64,000 nt of DNA from Escherichia coli (GTDB lineage Bacteria; Pseudomonadota; Gammaproteobacteria; Enterobacterales; Enterobacteriaceae), in assembly GCF_044324875.1 (NCBI RefSeq), contig NZ_CP172185.1, one strand, 5' to 3'. Of the stretch, positions 41,762 through 51,787 are shown piece after piece; positions within the stretch are counted from its first letter, which is position 1, and every line of letters starts with the position of its first letter. Both the position numbers and the translations under genes were made by a program. The notes under the pieces were generated by a model. It was not told the origin of the DNA. It made no database searches and was given only the letters and a program-made list of their open reading frames with translations.

Positions 41762-42850
41762 ATGGAGAGGATTGTCGTTACTCTCGGGGAACGTAGTTAC
41801 CCAATTACCATCGCATCTGGTTTGTTTAATGAACCAGCTTCATTCTTACCGCTGAAATCGGGCGAGCAGGTCATGTTGGTTACCAACGAAACCCTGGCTC
41901 CTCTGTATCTCGATAAGGTCCGCGGCGTACTTGAACAGGCGGGTGTTAACGTCGATAGCGTTATCCTCCCTGACGGCGAGCAGTATAAAAGCCTGGCTGT
42001 ACTCGATACCGTCTTTACGGCGTTGTTACAAAAGCCGCATGGTCGCGATACTACGCTGGTGGCGCTTGGCGGCGGCGTAGTGGGCGATCTGACCGGCTTT
42101 GCGGCGGCGAGTTATCAGCGCGGTGTACGTTTCATTCAAGTCCCGACGACGTTGCTGTCGCAGGTCGATTCCTCCGTTGGCGGCAAAACTGCGGTCAACC
42201 ATCCCCTCGGTAAAAACATGATTGGCGCGTTCTACCAGCCTGCTTCAGTGGTGGTGGATCTCGACTGTCTGAAAACGCTTCCCCCGCGTGAGTTAGCGTC
42301 GGGGCTGGCAGAAGTCATCAAATACGGCATTATTCTTGACGGTGCGTTTTTCAACTGGCTGGAAGAGAATCTGGATGCGTTGTTGCGTCTGGACGGTCCG
42401 GCAATGGCGTACTGTATTCGCCGTTGTTGTGAACTGAAGGCAGAAGTTGTCGCCGCCGACGAGCGCGAAACCGGGTTACGTGCTTTACTGAATCTGGGAC
42501 ATACCTTTGGTCATGCCATTGAAGCTGAAATGGGGTATGGCAATTGGTTACACGGTGAAGCGATCGCTGCGGGTATGGTGATGGCGGCGCGGACGTCGCA
42601 ACGTCTCGGGCAGTTTAGTTCTGCCGAAACGCAGCGTATTATAACCCTGCTCACGCGGGCTGGGTTACCGGTCAATGGGCCGCGCGAAATGTCTGCGCAG
42701 GCGTATTTACCGCACATGCTGCGTGACAAGAAAGTCCTTGCGGGAGAGATGCGCTTAATTCTTCCGTTGGCAATTGGTAAGAGTGAAGTTCGCAGCGGCG
42801 TTTCGCACGAGCTTGTTCTTAACGCCATTGCCGATTGTCAATCAGCGTAA
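41762..42850 (+). CDS. aroB: 3-dehydroquinate synthase
   Basis: 362-aa ORF recognised as AroB. Confidence 0.95.
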   Translation: MERIVVTLGERSYPITIASGLFNEPASFLPLKSGEQVMLVTNETLAPLYLDKVRGVLEQAGVNVDSVILPDGEQYKSLAVLDTVFTALLQKPHGRDTTLVALGGGVVGDLTGFAAASYQRGVRFIQVPTTLLSQVDSSVGGKTAVNHPLGKNMIGAFYQPASVVVDLDCLKTLPPRELASGLAEVIKYGIILDGAFFNWLEENLDALLRLDGPAMAYCIRRCCELKAEVVAADERETGLRALLNLGHTFGHAIEAEMGYGNWLHGEAIAAGMVMAARTSQRLGQFSSAETQRIITLLTRAGLPVNGPREMSAQAYLPHMLRDKKVLAGEMRLILPLAIGKSEVRSGVSHELVLNAIADCQSA

Positions 42851-42941
42851 CAACAAGAAAGGTCAGGCCGCTTATCAAGCGGTCTATTAGCTTCAGGTTA
42901 ATTGCAACGTGGTAAGCATTAACCTTTTAGTGGGGTGTTAA

Positions 42942-44228
42942 ATGGATGAATTCAAACCAGAAGACGAGCTGAAACCCGATCCCAGCGATCGTCGTACTGG
43001 TCGTTCTCGTCAATCTTCTGAACGTTCTGAGCGTACTGAACGTGGCGAACCGCAGATCAATTTTGATGATATTGAACTTGATGACACTGACGATCGCCGT
43101 CCGACTCGTGCGCAAAAAGAGCGCAATGAGGAACCGGAACTCGAAGAAGAAATTGACGAATCCGAAGATGAAACCGTGGATGAAGAGCGCGTAGAGCGTC
43201 GTCCGCGTAAGCGCAAAAAAGCAGCCAGTAAACCCGCTTCTCGTCAGTATATGATGATGGGCGTCGGCATTCTGGTTCTCCTGCTGTTGATTATCGGTAT
43301 CGGTTCTGCGCTAAAAGCCCCCTCGACCTCTTCCAGCGATCAAACCGCGTCTGGCGAGAAGAGTATTGATCTTGCTGGCAATGCGACCGATCAGGCGAAT
43401 GGCGTGCAGCCAGCACCGGGAACCACGTCTGCGGAAAATACTCAGCAGGATGTATCTCTGCCGCCGATCTCTTCTACGCCGACTCAAGGGCAAACCCCGG
43501 CGGCAACGGATGGTCAACAACGTGTTGAAGTGCAGGGTGACCTGAACAATGCGCTGACCCAGCCACAAAATCAGCAACAGTTGAACAATGTGGCGGTCAA
43601 TTCCACGTTGCCGACTGAACCCGCGACGGTCGCGCCTGTTCGCAATGGCAATGCATCGCGTGACACGGCGAAAACGCAAACCGCTGAACGTCCGGCCACC
43701 ACGCGTCCAGCTCGTCAGCAGGCGGTGATTGAACCGAAAAAACCGCAAGCAACCGTGAAAACGGAACCGAAGCCGGTAGCTCAGACGCCGAAGCGTATTG
43801 AACCAGCTGCTCCTGTGGCGAGCGCGAAGGCACCGGCTGCGACCTCTACGCCAGCACCAAAAGAGACCGCAACTACGGCTCCAGTACAGACGGCATCCCC
43901 GGCGCAAACCACGGCAACACCAGCCGCTGGAGGGAAGACCGCAGGTAATGTTGGTTCGTTGAAATCGGCACCGTCCAGCCATTACACTCTGCAGCTGAGC
44001 AGTTCCTCTAACTACGACAACCTGAACGGTTGGGCGAAGAAAGAGAATCTGAAAAACTACGTTGTCTATGAAACGACGCGTAATGGTCAGCCGTGGTATG
44101 TCCTGGTTTCTGGCGTGTACGCTTCGAAAGAAGAGGCGAAAAAAGCGGTATCTACATTGCCAGCAGATGTCCAGGCCAAAAACCCGTGGGCGAAACCGCT
44201 GCGTCAGGTACAGGCCGATCTGAAGTAA
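42942..44228 (+). CDS. damX: cell-division protein DamX (SPOR domain)
   Basis: 428-aa ORF; acidic N-terminus, single TM, long Q/P/A/T-rich linker, C-terminal SPOR domain. Confidence 0.9.
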   Translation: MDEFKPEDELKPDPSDRRTGRSRQSSERSERTERGEPQINFDDIELDDTDDRRPTRAQKERNEEPELEEEIDESEDETVDEERVERRPRKRKKAASKPASRQYMMMGVGILVLLLLIIGIGSALKAPSTSSSDQTASGEKSIDLAGNATDQANGVQPAPGTTSAENTQQDVSLPPISSTPTQGQTPAATDGQQRVEVQGDLNNALTQPQNQQQLNNVAVNSTLPTEPATVAPVRNGNASRDTAKTQTAERPATTRPARQQAVIEPKKPQATVKTEPKPVAQTPKRIEPAAPVASAKAPAATSTPAPKETATTAPVQTASPAQTTATPAAGGKTAGNVGSLKSAPSSHYTLQLSSSSNYDNLNGWAKKENLKNYVVYETTRNGQPWYVLVSGVYASKEEAKKAVSTLPADVQAKNPWAKPLRQVQADLK

Positions 44229-44334
44229 TCAAGGTTATCTCCCGCAATGGTTTATCATCGCGGGAGTTGCCTGAAGCGCTGGATGCTGTCGGAGCTTTCT
44301 CCACAGCCGGAGAAGGTGTAATTAGTTAGTCAGC

Positions 44335-45171
44335 ATGAAGAAAAATCGCGCTTTTTTGAAGTGGGCAGGGGGCAAGTATCCCCTGCTTGATGATATTAAA
44401 CGGCATTTGCCCAAGGGCGAATGTCTGGTTGAGCCTTTTGTAGGTGCCGGGTCGGTGTTTCTCAACACCGACTTTTCTCGTTATATCCTTGCCGATATCA
44501 ATAGCGACCTGATCAGTCTCTATAACATTGTGAAGATGCGTACTGATGAGTACGTACAGGCCGCACGCGAGCTGTTTGTTCCCGAAACAAATTGCGCCGA
44601 GGTTTACTATCAGTTCCGCGAAGAGTTCAACAAAAGCCAGGATCCGTTCCGTCGGGCGGTACTGTTTTTATATTTGAACCGCTACGGTTACAACGGCCTG
44701 TGTCGTTACAATCTGCGCGGTGAGTTTAACGTGCCGTTTGGCCGCTACAAAAAACCCTATTTCCCGGAAGCAGAGTTGTATCACTTCGCTGAAAAAGCGC
44801 AGAATGCCTTTTTCTATTGTGAGTCTTACGCCGATAGCATGGCGCGCGCAGATGATGCATCCGTCGTCTATTGCGATCCGCCTTATGCGCCGCTGTCTGC
44901 GACTGCCAACTTTACGGCGTATCACACAAACAGTTTTACGCTTGAACAACAAGCGCATCTGGCGGAGATCGCCGAAGGTCTGGTTGATCGCCATATTCCA
45001 GTGCTGATCTCCAATCACGATACGATGTTAACGCGTGAGTGGTATCAGCGCGCAAAATTGCATGTCGTCAAAGTTCGACGCAGTATAAGCAGCAACGGCG
45101 GCACACGTAAAAAGGTGGACGAACTGCTGGCTTTGTACAAACCAGGAGTCGTTTCACCCGCGAAAAAATAA
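44335..45171 (+). CDS. dam: DNA adenine methyltransferase (GATC)
   Basis: 278-aa ORF; catalytic DPPY motif. Confidence 0.95.
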   Translation: MKKNRAFLKWAGGKYPLLDDIKRHLPKGECLVEPFVGAGSVFLNTDFSRYILADINSDLISLYNIVKMRTDEYVQAARELFVPETNCAEVYYQFREEFNKSQDPFRRAVLFLYLNRYGYNGLCRYNLRGEFNVPFGRYKKPYFPEAELYHFAEKAQNAFFYCESYADSMARADDASVVYCDPPYAPLSATANFTAYHTNSFTLEQQAHLAEIAEGLVDRHIPVLISNHDTMLTREWYQRAKLHVVKVRRSISSNGGTRKKVDELLALYKPGVVSPAKK

Positions 45172-45188
45172 TTCTCAAGGAGAAGCGG

Positions 45189-45866
45189 ATGAAACAGTAT
45201 TTGATTGCCCCCTCAATTCTGTCGGCTGATTTTGCCCGCCTGGGTGAAGATACCGCAAAAGCCCTGGCAGCTGGCGCTGATGTCGTGCATTTTGACGTCA
45301 TGGATAACCACTATGTTCCCAATCTGACGATTGGGCCAATGGTGCTGAAATCCTTGCGTAACTACGGCATTACCGCCCCTATCGACGTACACCTGATGGT
45401 GAAACCGGTCGATCGCATTGTGCCTGATTTCGCTGCCGCTGGTGCCAGCATCATTACCTTTCATCCAGAAGCCTCCGAGCATGTTGACCGCACGCTGCAA
45501 CTGATTAAAGAAAATGGCTGTAAAGCGGGTCTGGTATTTAACCCGGCGACACCTCTGAGCTATCTGGATTACGTGATGGACAAACTGGATGTGATCCTGC
45601 TGATGTCCGTCAACCCAGGTTTCGGCGGTCAGTCTTTCATTCCGCAAACACTGGATAAACTGCGCGAAGTACGTCGTCGTATCGACGAGTCTGGCTTTGA
45701 CATTCGTCTGGAAGTGGACGGTGGCGTGAAGGTGAACAACATTGGCGAAATCGCTGCGGCGGGCGCAGATATGTTCGTCGCCGGTTCGGCAATCTTCGAC
45801 CAGCCAGACTACAAAAAAGTCATTGATGAAATGCGCAGTGAACTGGCAAAGGTAAGTCATGAATAA
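45189..45866 (+). CDS. rpe: ribulose-phosphate 3-epimerase
   Basis: 225-aa ORF recognised as Rpe. Confidence 0.95.
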   Translation: MKQYLIAPSILSADFARLGEDTAKALAAGADVVHFDVMDNHYVPNLTIGPMVLKSLRNYGITAPIDVHLMVKPVDRIVPDFAAAGASIITFHPEASEHVDRTLQLIKENGCKAGLVFNPATPLSYLDYVMDKLDVILLMSVNPGFGGQSFIPQTLDKLREVRRRIDESGFDIRLEVDGGVKVNNIGEIAAAGADMFVAGSAIFDQPDYKKVIDEMRSELAKVSHE

Positions 45867-46617
45867 GTTTGAAGATATTCGCGGCGTCGCTTTTGATCTC
45901 GATGGTACGCTGGTGGACAGTGCTCCTGGCTTGGCTACCGCAGTAGATATGGCGCTGTATGCGCTGGAGTTGCCCGTCGCAGGTGAAGAACGCGTTATAA
46001 CCTGGATTGGTAACGGCGCAGATGTTCTGATGGAGCGCGCATTGACCTGGGCGCGTCAGGAACGTGCGACTCTGCGTAAAACAATGGGTAAACCGCCCGT
46101 TGATGACGACATTCCGGCAGAAGAACAAGTACGTATTCTGCGTAAACTATTCGATCGCTACTATGGCGAGGTTGCCGAAGAGGGGACGTTTTTGTTCCCG
46201 CACGTTGCCGATACGCTGGGCGCATTGCAGGCTAAAGGCCTGCCGTTGGGCCTGGTCACCAACAAACCGACGCCGTTCGTCGCGCCGCTGCTGGAAGCCT
46301 TAGATATCGCTAAATACTTCAGCGTGGTGATTGGTGGTGATGATGTGCAAAACAAAAAACCGCATCCGGACCCGCTGTTACTGGTGGCTGAGCGGATGGG
46401 AATTGCTCCACAACAGATGCTGTTTGTTGGCGACTCACGCAATGATATTCAGGCAGCAAAAGCGGCAGGTTGCCCATCAGTTGGCTTAACCTACGGATAT
46501 AACTACGGCGAGGCTATCGATCTCAGCCAGCCTGATGTAATTTATCAGTCTATAAATGACCTTCTGCCCGCATTAGGGCTTCCGCATAGCGAAAATCAGG
46601 AATCGAAAAATGACTAA
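45859..46617 (+). CDS. gph: phosphoglycolate phosphatase
   Basis: 252-aa ORF; HAD motif [10 protein letters not shown]; overlaps rpe stop. Confidence 0.95.
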   Translation: MNKFEDIRGVAFDLDGTLVDSAPGLATAVDMALYALELPVAGEERVITWIGNGADVLMERALTWARQERATLRKTMGKPPVDDDIPAEEQVRILRKLFDRYYGEVAEEGTFLFPHVADTLGALQAKGLPLGLVTNKPTPFVAPLLEALDIAKYFSVVIGGDDVQNKKPHPDPLLLVAERMGIAPQQMLFVGDSRNDIQAAKAAGCPSVGLTYGYNYGEAIDLSQPDVIYQSINDLLPALGLPHSENQESKND

Positions 46618-47614
46618 GCCCATCGTTTTTAGTGGCGCACAGCCCTCAGGTGAATTGACCATTGGTAACTACATGGGTGCGCTGCGTCAGTGGGTAAACA
46701 TGCAGGATGACTACCATTGCATTTACTGTATCGTTGACCAACACGCGATCACCGTGCGCCAGGATGCACAGAAGCTGCGTAAAGCGACGCTGGATACGCT
46801 GGCCTTGTATCTGGCTTGTGGTATCGATCCTGAGAAAAGCACCATTTTTGTTCAGTCCCACGTACCAGAACATGCGCAGTTAGGCTGGGCACTGAACTGC
46901 TATACCTACTTCGGCGAACTGAGCCGCATGACGCAGTTTAAAGATAAATCTGCGCGTTATGCCGAGAACATCAATGCTGGTCTGTTTGACTATCCGGTGC
47001 TGATGGCAGCGGACATCCTGCTGTATCAAACTAATCTGGTACCGGTGGGTGAAGACCAGAAACAGCACCTGGAACTGAGCCGCGATATCGCCCAGCGTTT
47101 TAACGCGCTGTATGGCGAGATCTTTAAAGTGCCGGAGCCGTTTATTCCGAAATCTGGCGCGCGCGTAATGTCGCTGCTGGAGCCGACCAAAAAGATGTCC
47201 AAGTCTGACGATAACCGCAATAACGTTATCGGCCTGCTGGAAGATCCGAAATCGGTGGTGAAGAAAATCAAACGCGCGGTCACCGACTCCGACGAGCCGC
47301 CGGTAGTTCGCTACGATGTGCAGAACAAAGCGGGCGTTTCCAACCTGCTGGATATCCTTTCTGCGGTAACGGGCCAGAGCATCCCGGAACTGGAAAAACA
47401 GTTCGAAGGCAAGATGTATGGTCATCTGAAAGGCGAAGTGGCTGATGCCGTTTCCGGTATGCTGACTGAATTGCAGGAACGCTATCACCGTTTCCGCAAT
47501 GACGAAGCCTTCCTGCAACAGGTGATGAAAGATGGCGCGGAAAAAGCCAGCGCACACGCTTCCCGTACGCTAAAAGCGGTGTACGAAGCGATTGGTTTTG
47601 TGGCGAAGCCGTAA
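46610..47614 (+). CDS. trpS: tryptophan--tRNA ligase
   Basis: 334-aa ORF; class I aaRS KMSKS motif. Confidence 0.95.
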   Translation: MTKPIVFSGAQPSGELTIGNYMGALRQWVNMQDDYHCIYCIVDQHAITVRQDAQKLRKATLDTLALYLACGIDPEKSTIFVQSHVPEHAQLGWALNCYTYFGELSRMTQFKDKSARYAENINAGLFDYPVLMAADILLYQTNLVPVGEDQKQHLELSRDIAQRFNALYGEIFKVPEPFIPKSGARVMSLLEPTKKMSKSDDNRNNVIGLLEDPKSVVKKIKRAVTDSDEPPVVRYDVQNKAGVSNLLDILSAVTGQSIPELEKQFEGKMYGHLKGEVADAVSGMLTELQERYHRFRNDEAFLQQVMKDGAEKASAHASRTLKAVYEAIGFVAKP

Positions 47615-47629
47615 TTTAACATTAATGCC

Positions 47630-47656
47630 AAAAACCGGGGAAACCCGGTTTTTTTA
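47630..47656 (+). terminator. rho-independent terminator of the dam-trpS operon
   Basis: ccgggg-aaa-cccgg stem followed by TTTTTTT. Confidence 0.65.
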
Positions 47657-47724
47657 TCCTCTTTTTGTAATAATCCGAAAAAATGTGAAGCGCCTCGCCG
47701 TTTCCACATCTCGCAGTTGCCACT

Positions 47725-47746
47725 TATCTTCATTTTTATGAAGATA
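47725..47746. promoter_or_regulatory. perfect 9-bp inverted repeat (candidate operator) upstream of yhfZ
   Basis: tatcttcat-tttt-atgaagata, ending 29 bp before the yhfZ ATG. Confidence 0.4.
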
Positions 47747-47774
47747 TAAATATTCATTTTATTGAAAATTTACT

Positions 47775-48680
47775 ATGCGTCGAACGTTTATCAAAAAAGA
47801 AGGCGTCGTCATCACGACACTGGCCCGTTATTTGTTGGGTGAAAAGTGCGGTAATCGACTGAAAACCATAGATGAGCTGGCAACTGAATGCCGTTCATCC
47901 GTTGGCCTGACGCAGGCCGCGTTGAAAACGCTGGAATCAAGCGGAGCGATACGGATTGAACGCCGTGGGCGCAATGGCAGTTATCTGGTCGAGATGGATA
48001 ACAAAGCATTGCTGACTCATGTGGATATCAACAACGTGGTATGTGCGATGCCCTTGCCCTATACCCGTTTGTACGAAGGCCTGGCGAGCGGATTGAAAGC
48101 CCAGTTCGATGGCATTCCTTTTTACTATGCGCATATGCGCGGCGCGGATATTCGCGTGGAGTGTTTACTTAACGGCGTGTATGACATGGCGGTTGTTTCC
48201 CGACTGGCGGCGGAAAGTTATCTCACGCAAAAAGGCTTATGCCTCGCGCTGGAGTTGGGGCCGCACACCTACGTTGGCGAGCACCAGTTGATTTGCCGTA
48301 AAGGCGAGTCCGCAAACGTGAAGCGCGTGGGGCTGGATAACCGTTCGGCGGATCAGAAAATCATGACCGATGTCTTTTTTGGCGATAGTGATGTGGAACG
48401 TGTCGATCTCTCTTATCACGAGAGTTTACAACGCATTGTTAAAGGCGATGTTGATGCGGTGATCTGGAACGTGGTGGCGGAAAACGAACTGACCATGCTG
48501 GGATTAGAAGCGACGCCGCTCACAGACGATCCGCGATTTTTACAGGCCACCGAAGCCGTGATCCTGACGCGAGTCGATGATTACCCAATGCAACAATTGC
48601 TGCGTGCAGTTGTTGATAAACAGGCCCTGCTTGCCCATCAACAACGAGTGGTCAGTGGGGAACAGGAACCCAGTTATTAA
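47775..48680 (+). CDS. yhfZ: putative HTH transcriptional regulator of the yhf cluster
   Basis: 301-aa ORF recognised as YhfZ. Confidence 0.8.
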   Translation: MRRTFIKKEGVVITTLARYLLGEKCGNRLKTIDELATECRSSVGLTQAALKTLESSGAIRIERRGRNGSYLVEMDNKALLTHVDINNVVCAMPLPYTRLYEGLASGLKAQFDGIPFYYAHMRGADIRVECLLNGVYDMAVVSRLAAESYLTQKGLCLALELGPHTYVGEHQLICRKGESANVKRVGLDNRSADQKIMTDVFFGDSDVERVDLSYHESLQRIVKGDVDAVIWNVVAENELTMLGLEATPLTDDPRFLQATEAVILTRVDDYPMQQLLRAVVDKQALLAHQQRVVSGEQEPSY

Positions 48681-48696
48681 ACGAAAGGCATCTGAA

Positions 48697-48807
48697 ATGG
48701 AAACCAGACTCAACCTGCTTTGCGATGCAGGCGTTATTGATAAGGACATCTGCAAAGGCATGATGCAGGTCGTCAACGTACTGGAAACTGAGTGTCATCT
48801 ACCGGTG
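48697..48807 (+). pseudogene. yhfY: 5' fragment (37 codons) of PRD-domain gene yhfY, interrupted by IS insertion
   Basis: ATG at 48697 with upstream AAAGG; frame METRLNLLCDAGVIDKDICKGMMQVVNVLETECHLPV runs into the IS end. Confidence 0.75.
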
Positions 48808-48880
48808 TGCGTATTCCGCTCTATTCGATCACGGATTGGCATCGAAGTCCGATCAGCGATTCGCATCCATTCGATCAACC
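48808..48880. repeat. IS21-family terminal repeat block (istB-proximal end)
   Basis: Reverse complement of the other end aligns over the tcgatc motif; repeated cgatcacggattggcatcg / cgatcagcgattcgcatcc units. Confidence 0.6.
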
Positions 48881-48906
48881 GGGAACTTAACTTTTTCTAC
48901 CGCTTT

Positions 48907-49662
48907 TTAACGCGTTTTTTCGCTGCTTTCCACTACCGGGGGATTTTTCCTCAGTGACTCTCCCTGAAGGACCACTCGGTGTGAGTTATGTACCAGTCTG
49001 TCCAGGATGGCATCTGCTGTTGTTGGGTTCTCCATCAGACCATGCCATTTATCTACCGGGAACTGGCTTACCACTATCGTGCTGCTTTGTCCGTAACGAT
49101 CCTCTATGAGCTCCAGAAGGTCATTACACTGGGCGTTACTTAACTGTTCCAGCCCCAGATCGTCCAGGATTAGAACCTGTATTTTTTGCAACTGTTTCAG
49201 ATATTTCAGCCAGCTGCCATCAACACGTCCCTGAGCCAGTTGTTCCAGTAATCGCCCGGTTCTACAGTACCGGACGCTGTGTTTCTGTCGACATGCCTGT
49301 TCGCCCAGCGCATTGGCTATCCAGCTCTTGCCACATCCTGTCGGACCGGTTATCAGCAGGTTTTTCCTGTGGGTTATGTAGTGGCCGTTCAGCAGTTCTC
49401 TCATCTGTTCAGCCCGCAGACCTCTTGAGGCCGGATAGCGCAGCCCTTCCGGTGTTGCCTGGTATTTCAGGCCGGCATTTTTTCTCAACCGTGCCACACG
49501 GCTGTTTTCCCTGCTCAGAAGCTCGTCATCAACCAGCAGCGTCAGCCTTTCCTCGAACGACAGTTCGTCGTAGGTCTGAGGCGTTTCCCGCTGCCGTATC
49601 AGGCTCCCGGCCATCGCCGGGAGTTTCAGTTGGGTCAGTTTGTTTAACAGGTTATCACTCAT
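48907..49662 (-). CDS. istB: IS21-family transposition helper ATPase IstB
   Basis: 251-aa frame from MSDNLLNKL with AAGGA RBS; Walker A GPTGCGKSW; start overlaps istA 3' end. Confidence 0.85.
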   Translation of the reverse strand: MSDNLLNKLTQLKLPAMAGSLIRQRETPQTYDELSFEERLTLLVDDELLSRENSRVARLRKNAGLKYQATPEGLRYPASRGLRAEQMRELLNGHYITHRKNLLITGPTGCGKSWIANALGEQACRQKHSVRYCRTGRLLEQLAQGRVDGSWLKYLKQLQKIQVLILDDLGLEQLSNAQCNDLLELIEDRYGQSSTIVVSQFPVDKWHGLMENPTTADAILDRLVHNSHRVVLQGESLRKNPPVVESSEKTR

Positions 49663-49678
49663 ACTGTTGTTCCTTCTG

Positions 49679-51214
49679 TCAGTGGTAGTAGCCCGGACCA
49701 CGCAGGTTTTCATGCTCTGAAGCATATGCCGGATGTTGTTCGCCCTGGCGGGATAATGGAAGCTCCAGGTTCTCCCGATGGTGACGCAGCAGATTGTCGA
49801 TAAAGCGTCTGTCAGGGGCGTTATAGTGCAGGGCAACGTAACAGGCCTTTTCCAGCCGTTCCGGGCCGTATTTTTTCTGAAGTGCCAGCAGCCCCAGAAC
49901 TGCACGATAAGCCAGTTCCGGATGGGGTTTTGCCTTCAGCATGGATTCAACCACCCGGCCTGTGGACGGGCCCGTACGTTTTCCCTGCTCGATCAGGCGT
50001 TCCGGTGTCCATGTCCCGTGCTGCCGGTGGCGCTCTGGCATGTGAAGCGGATTGGTTGTGTGTTTATATTCATGTGTGCTGCGCGGATGTTGCGCCACAC
50101 ACTGCCCCTTGTGCCAGAGCTGTACCACCGACTGCCCCGCCTTCAGTGACAGACGCTGACCGACCAGTTCGTGTGGAACGGAGTACCAGTGACGGGCATA
50201 TTCAACGTGGTAGTCAGGGCCAACCTTCACAGCTTTGTATTCCGTGTATTCATAAGGTGCCAGAGGCAGCGGAGAGAGTGCTGGCGCATCCAGTATGCGG
50301 AAGCGTTCTGCACGGGTTTGATTGCCGTACCCCTTCATTGGCCGGTTATTCATGTCTGTCAGTAACTCCCTAAGGCGCGCATTCAGCGCCCTGAGCGTGT
50401 GGAAGGTTTCATTACGGATGCGGGCAAGAAGCCATCGTTCAACGATGAGGACGCCGTTTTCTGCTTTTGGTTTATCTTTAGGTTTGCGTGGTCGGGCCGG
50501 GATGATAACCGTGCCATAGTGCTCAGCCAGTGCCTGATAACTGTCGTTGATGACAGGCTCATATCGATCGGCCTTTTTCACTGCGCTTCTGAGGTTATCG
50601 GGGATGAGCAGCTTCGGTACGCCGCCCAGGAAGGTCAGGCAACGGCTGTGGGCATTTAACCATGACATCATGTCCTGACCTTCGCACGCTTCAACGTAGG
50701 TATAGTTGGACGCCCCCATTACGGCCACGAAGATTGCCACGCGGCGTATCTCACCGGTGTCCGGATTAATAACAGGAACCGTAGGACCACAGAAGTCGAT
50801 AAAAAGCTTTTCGCCGGCACGATGCTCCTGGCGCATGGAGAGACGTCGCGTTTTTTTCCACTCCCGGTAGCAACGGCAGAAGTGCGAGTATCCCATCGCT
50901 TTGTTACCCGCCTGTGCCTTGTATTCCATCCACAACAGTTGCCGCGTCACACCTGGTTTTCTCATTTCCGTATCGAAGTACAACATGTCAGGCATTACAA
51001 GCTCTGATGCAAAGGTGTCTTTGGGCGGAAAAATGAGTTTCTCCAGCGTGTCATGGGATATATCAGCAGGTAATGGCCATGACAGAGAAGAGGCTTTGAA
51101 GCGGGCAAGAACCTCAAAAACGGTTGAGGCGCTGATGTGTAACGTCAGTCCGATACAACGGTTAGTCAGCTTCTTGTCGAACTTGAGCTGAAGGATCTTA
51201 AAACAGGTTTCCAT
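49679..51214 (-). CDS. istA: IS21-family transposase IstA
   Basis: 511-aa frame from METCFKILQ with AGGAG 5 nt upstream; DDE-integrase region with IstA-like RPRKPKDKPKAENGV motif; longer ORF-track start would lie in the terminal repeats. Confidence 0.8.
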   Translation of the reverse strand: METCFKILQLKFDKKLTNRCIGLTLHISASTVFEVLARFKASSLSWPLPADISHDTLEKLIFPPKDTFASELVMPDMLYFDTEMRKPGVTRQLLWMEYKAQAGNKAMGYSHFCRCYREWKKTRRLSMRQEHRAGEKLFIDFCGPTVPVINPDTGEIRRVAIFVAVMGASNYTYVEACEGQDMMSWLNAHSRCLTFLGGVPKLLIPDNLRSAVKKADRYEPVINDSYQALAEHYGTVIIPARPRKPKDKPKAENGVLIVERWLLARIRNETFHTLRALNARLRELLTDMNNRPMKGYGNQTRAERFRILDAPALSPLPLAPYEYTEYKAVKVGPDYHVEYARHWYSVPHELVGQRLSLKAGQSVVQLWHKGQCVAQHPRSTHEYKHTTNPLHMPERHRQHGTWTPERLIEQGKRTGPSTGRVVESMLKAKPHPELAYRAVLGLLALQKKYGPERLEKACYVALHYNAPDRRFIDNLLRHHRENLELPLSRQGEQHPAYASEHENLRGPGYYH

Positions 51215-51337
51215 AGTGCTCCTGGATTTTCTCTTTCTGGACATTGACGTCTCCACTGGTTTAAACACGGCAATGGAGACTGTGGTGAAAAGAGTTAATT
51301 CCCGGAGTGACTGGCAGGATGCCAATCAATGATCGGA

Positions 51338-51445
51338 AGCATGCCAAATCGTGATCGATTGTGATGCCAAACTGTGATCGGAGATGGATGCCAAATCATG
51401 ATCGATTCGAATGCCAAACTGCGATCGATTCAGATGCCATTTTGC
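51338..51445. repeat. IS21-family terminal repeat block (istA-proximal end) with about 5 iterated ~22-bp units
   Basis: gcatgccaaatcgtgatcgatt / gatgccaaactgtgatcgg / gatgccaaatcatgatcgatt / gaatgccaaactgcgatcgatt / cagatgccattttgc. Confidence 0.7.
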
Positions 51446-51446
51446 A

Positions 51447-51704
51447 CCGGTGCGCAGCGAGCAAGGAATGATGGCGATGACACATATGGCGAGCGCACTG
51501 ATGCGCAGTCGCCGTGGTGAAGAAATAGAGCCGCTGGACGCCGAATTGCTGGCAGAACTGGCGCAATCCAGCCACTGGCAAGCCGTTGTGCAATTGCATC
51601 AGGTATTGTTGAAGGAATTTGCACTGGAAGTTAACTCGTGTGAAGAAGGCTATTTGCTGGCCAACCTTTATGGATTATGGATGGCCGCGAACGAAGAGGC
51701 CTGA
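51447..51704 (+). pseudogene. yhfY: 3' fragment (83 codons) of yhfY separated from its 5' part by the IS
   Basis: Frame RSEQGMMAMTHMASALMRS...WMAANEEA is in phase with the 5' fragment once the IS and one copy of accggtg are removed. Confidence 0.75.
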
Positions 51705-51787
51705 AGCTCACTACAAATCCACGTCGCATATCTTAAATATTCAAAAAAATGAATATTTGATTCAAGGAACAGAAACGAGGCAACAAG

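Larger units (their letters stand above)
48808..51445 (-). mobile_element. IS21-family insertion sequence (about 2.64 kb) carrying istA-istB
   Basis: istA (DDE transposase) plus istB (AAA+ helper) gene pair; ends carry iterated ~22-bp repeats that are inverted between the two ends; 7-bp direct repeat accggtg at 48801-48807 and 51446-51452. Confidence 0.85.

Noticed and set aside
43311-43982. 223-aa minus-strand ORF and apparent repeats inside damX
   Set aside because: Antisense to damX; the apparent repetitiveness reflects the Q/P/A/T-rich low-complexity linker of DamX, not a DNA repeat array or separate gene.
48577-48957. 126-aa plus-strand ORF crossing the IS boundary
   Set aside because: It is the yhfY 5' fragment reading through into IS sequence; only the first 37 codons from ATG 48697 are genuine yhfY.
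49679-51325. Longer 548-aa version of istA starting at 51325
   Set aside because: That start would lie inside the iterated terminal repeats of the IS; the ATG at 51214 has a strong AGGAG RBS and gives an IstA-sized protein.
51340-51445. Tandem ~22-bp repeats considered as a possible CRISPR-like or iteron array
   Set aside because: No spacer-repeat architecture; the units are contiguous, and inverted copies at the other end of a transposase-bearing element identify them as IS terminal repeats.
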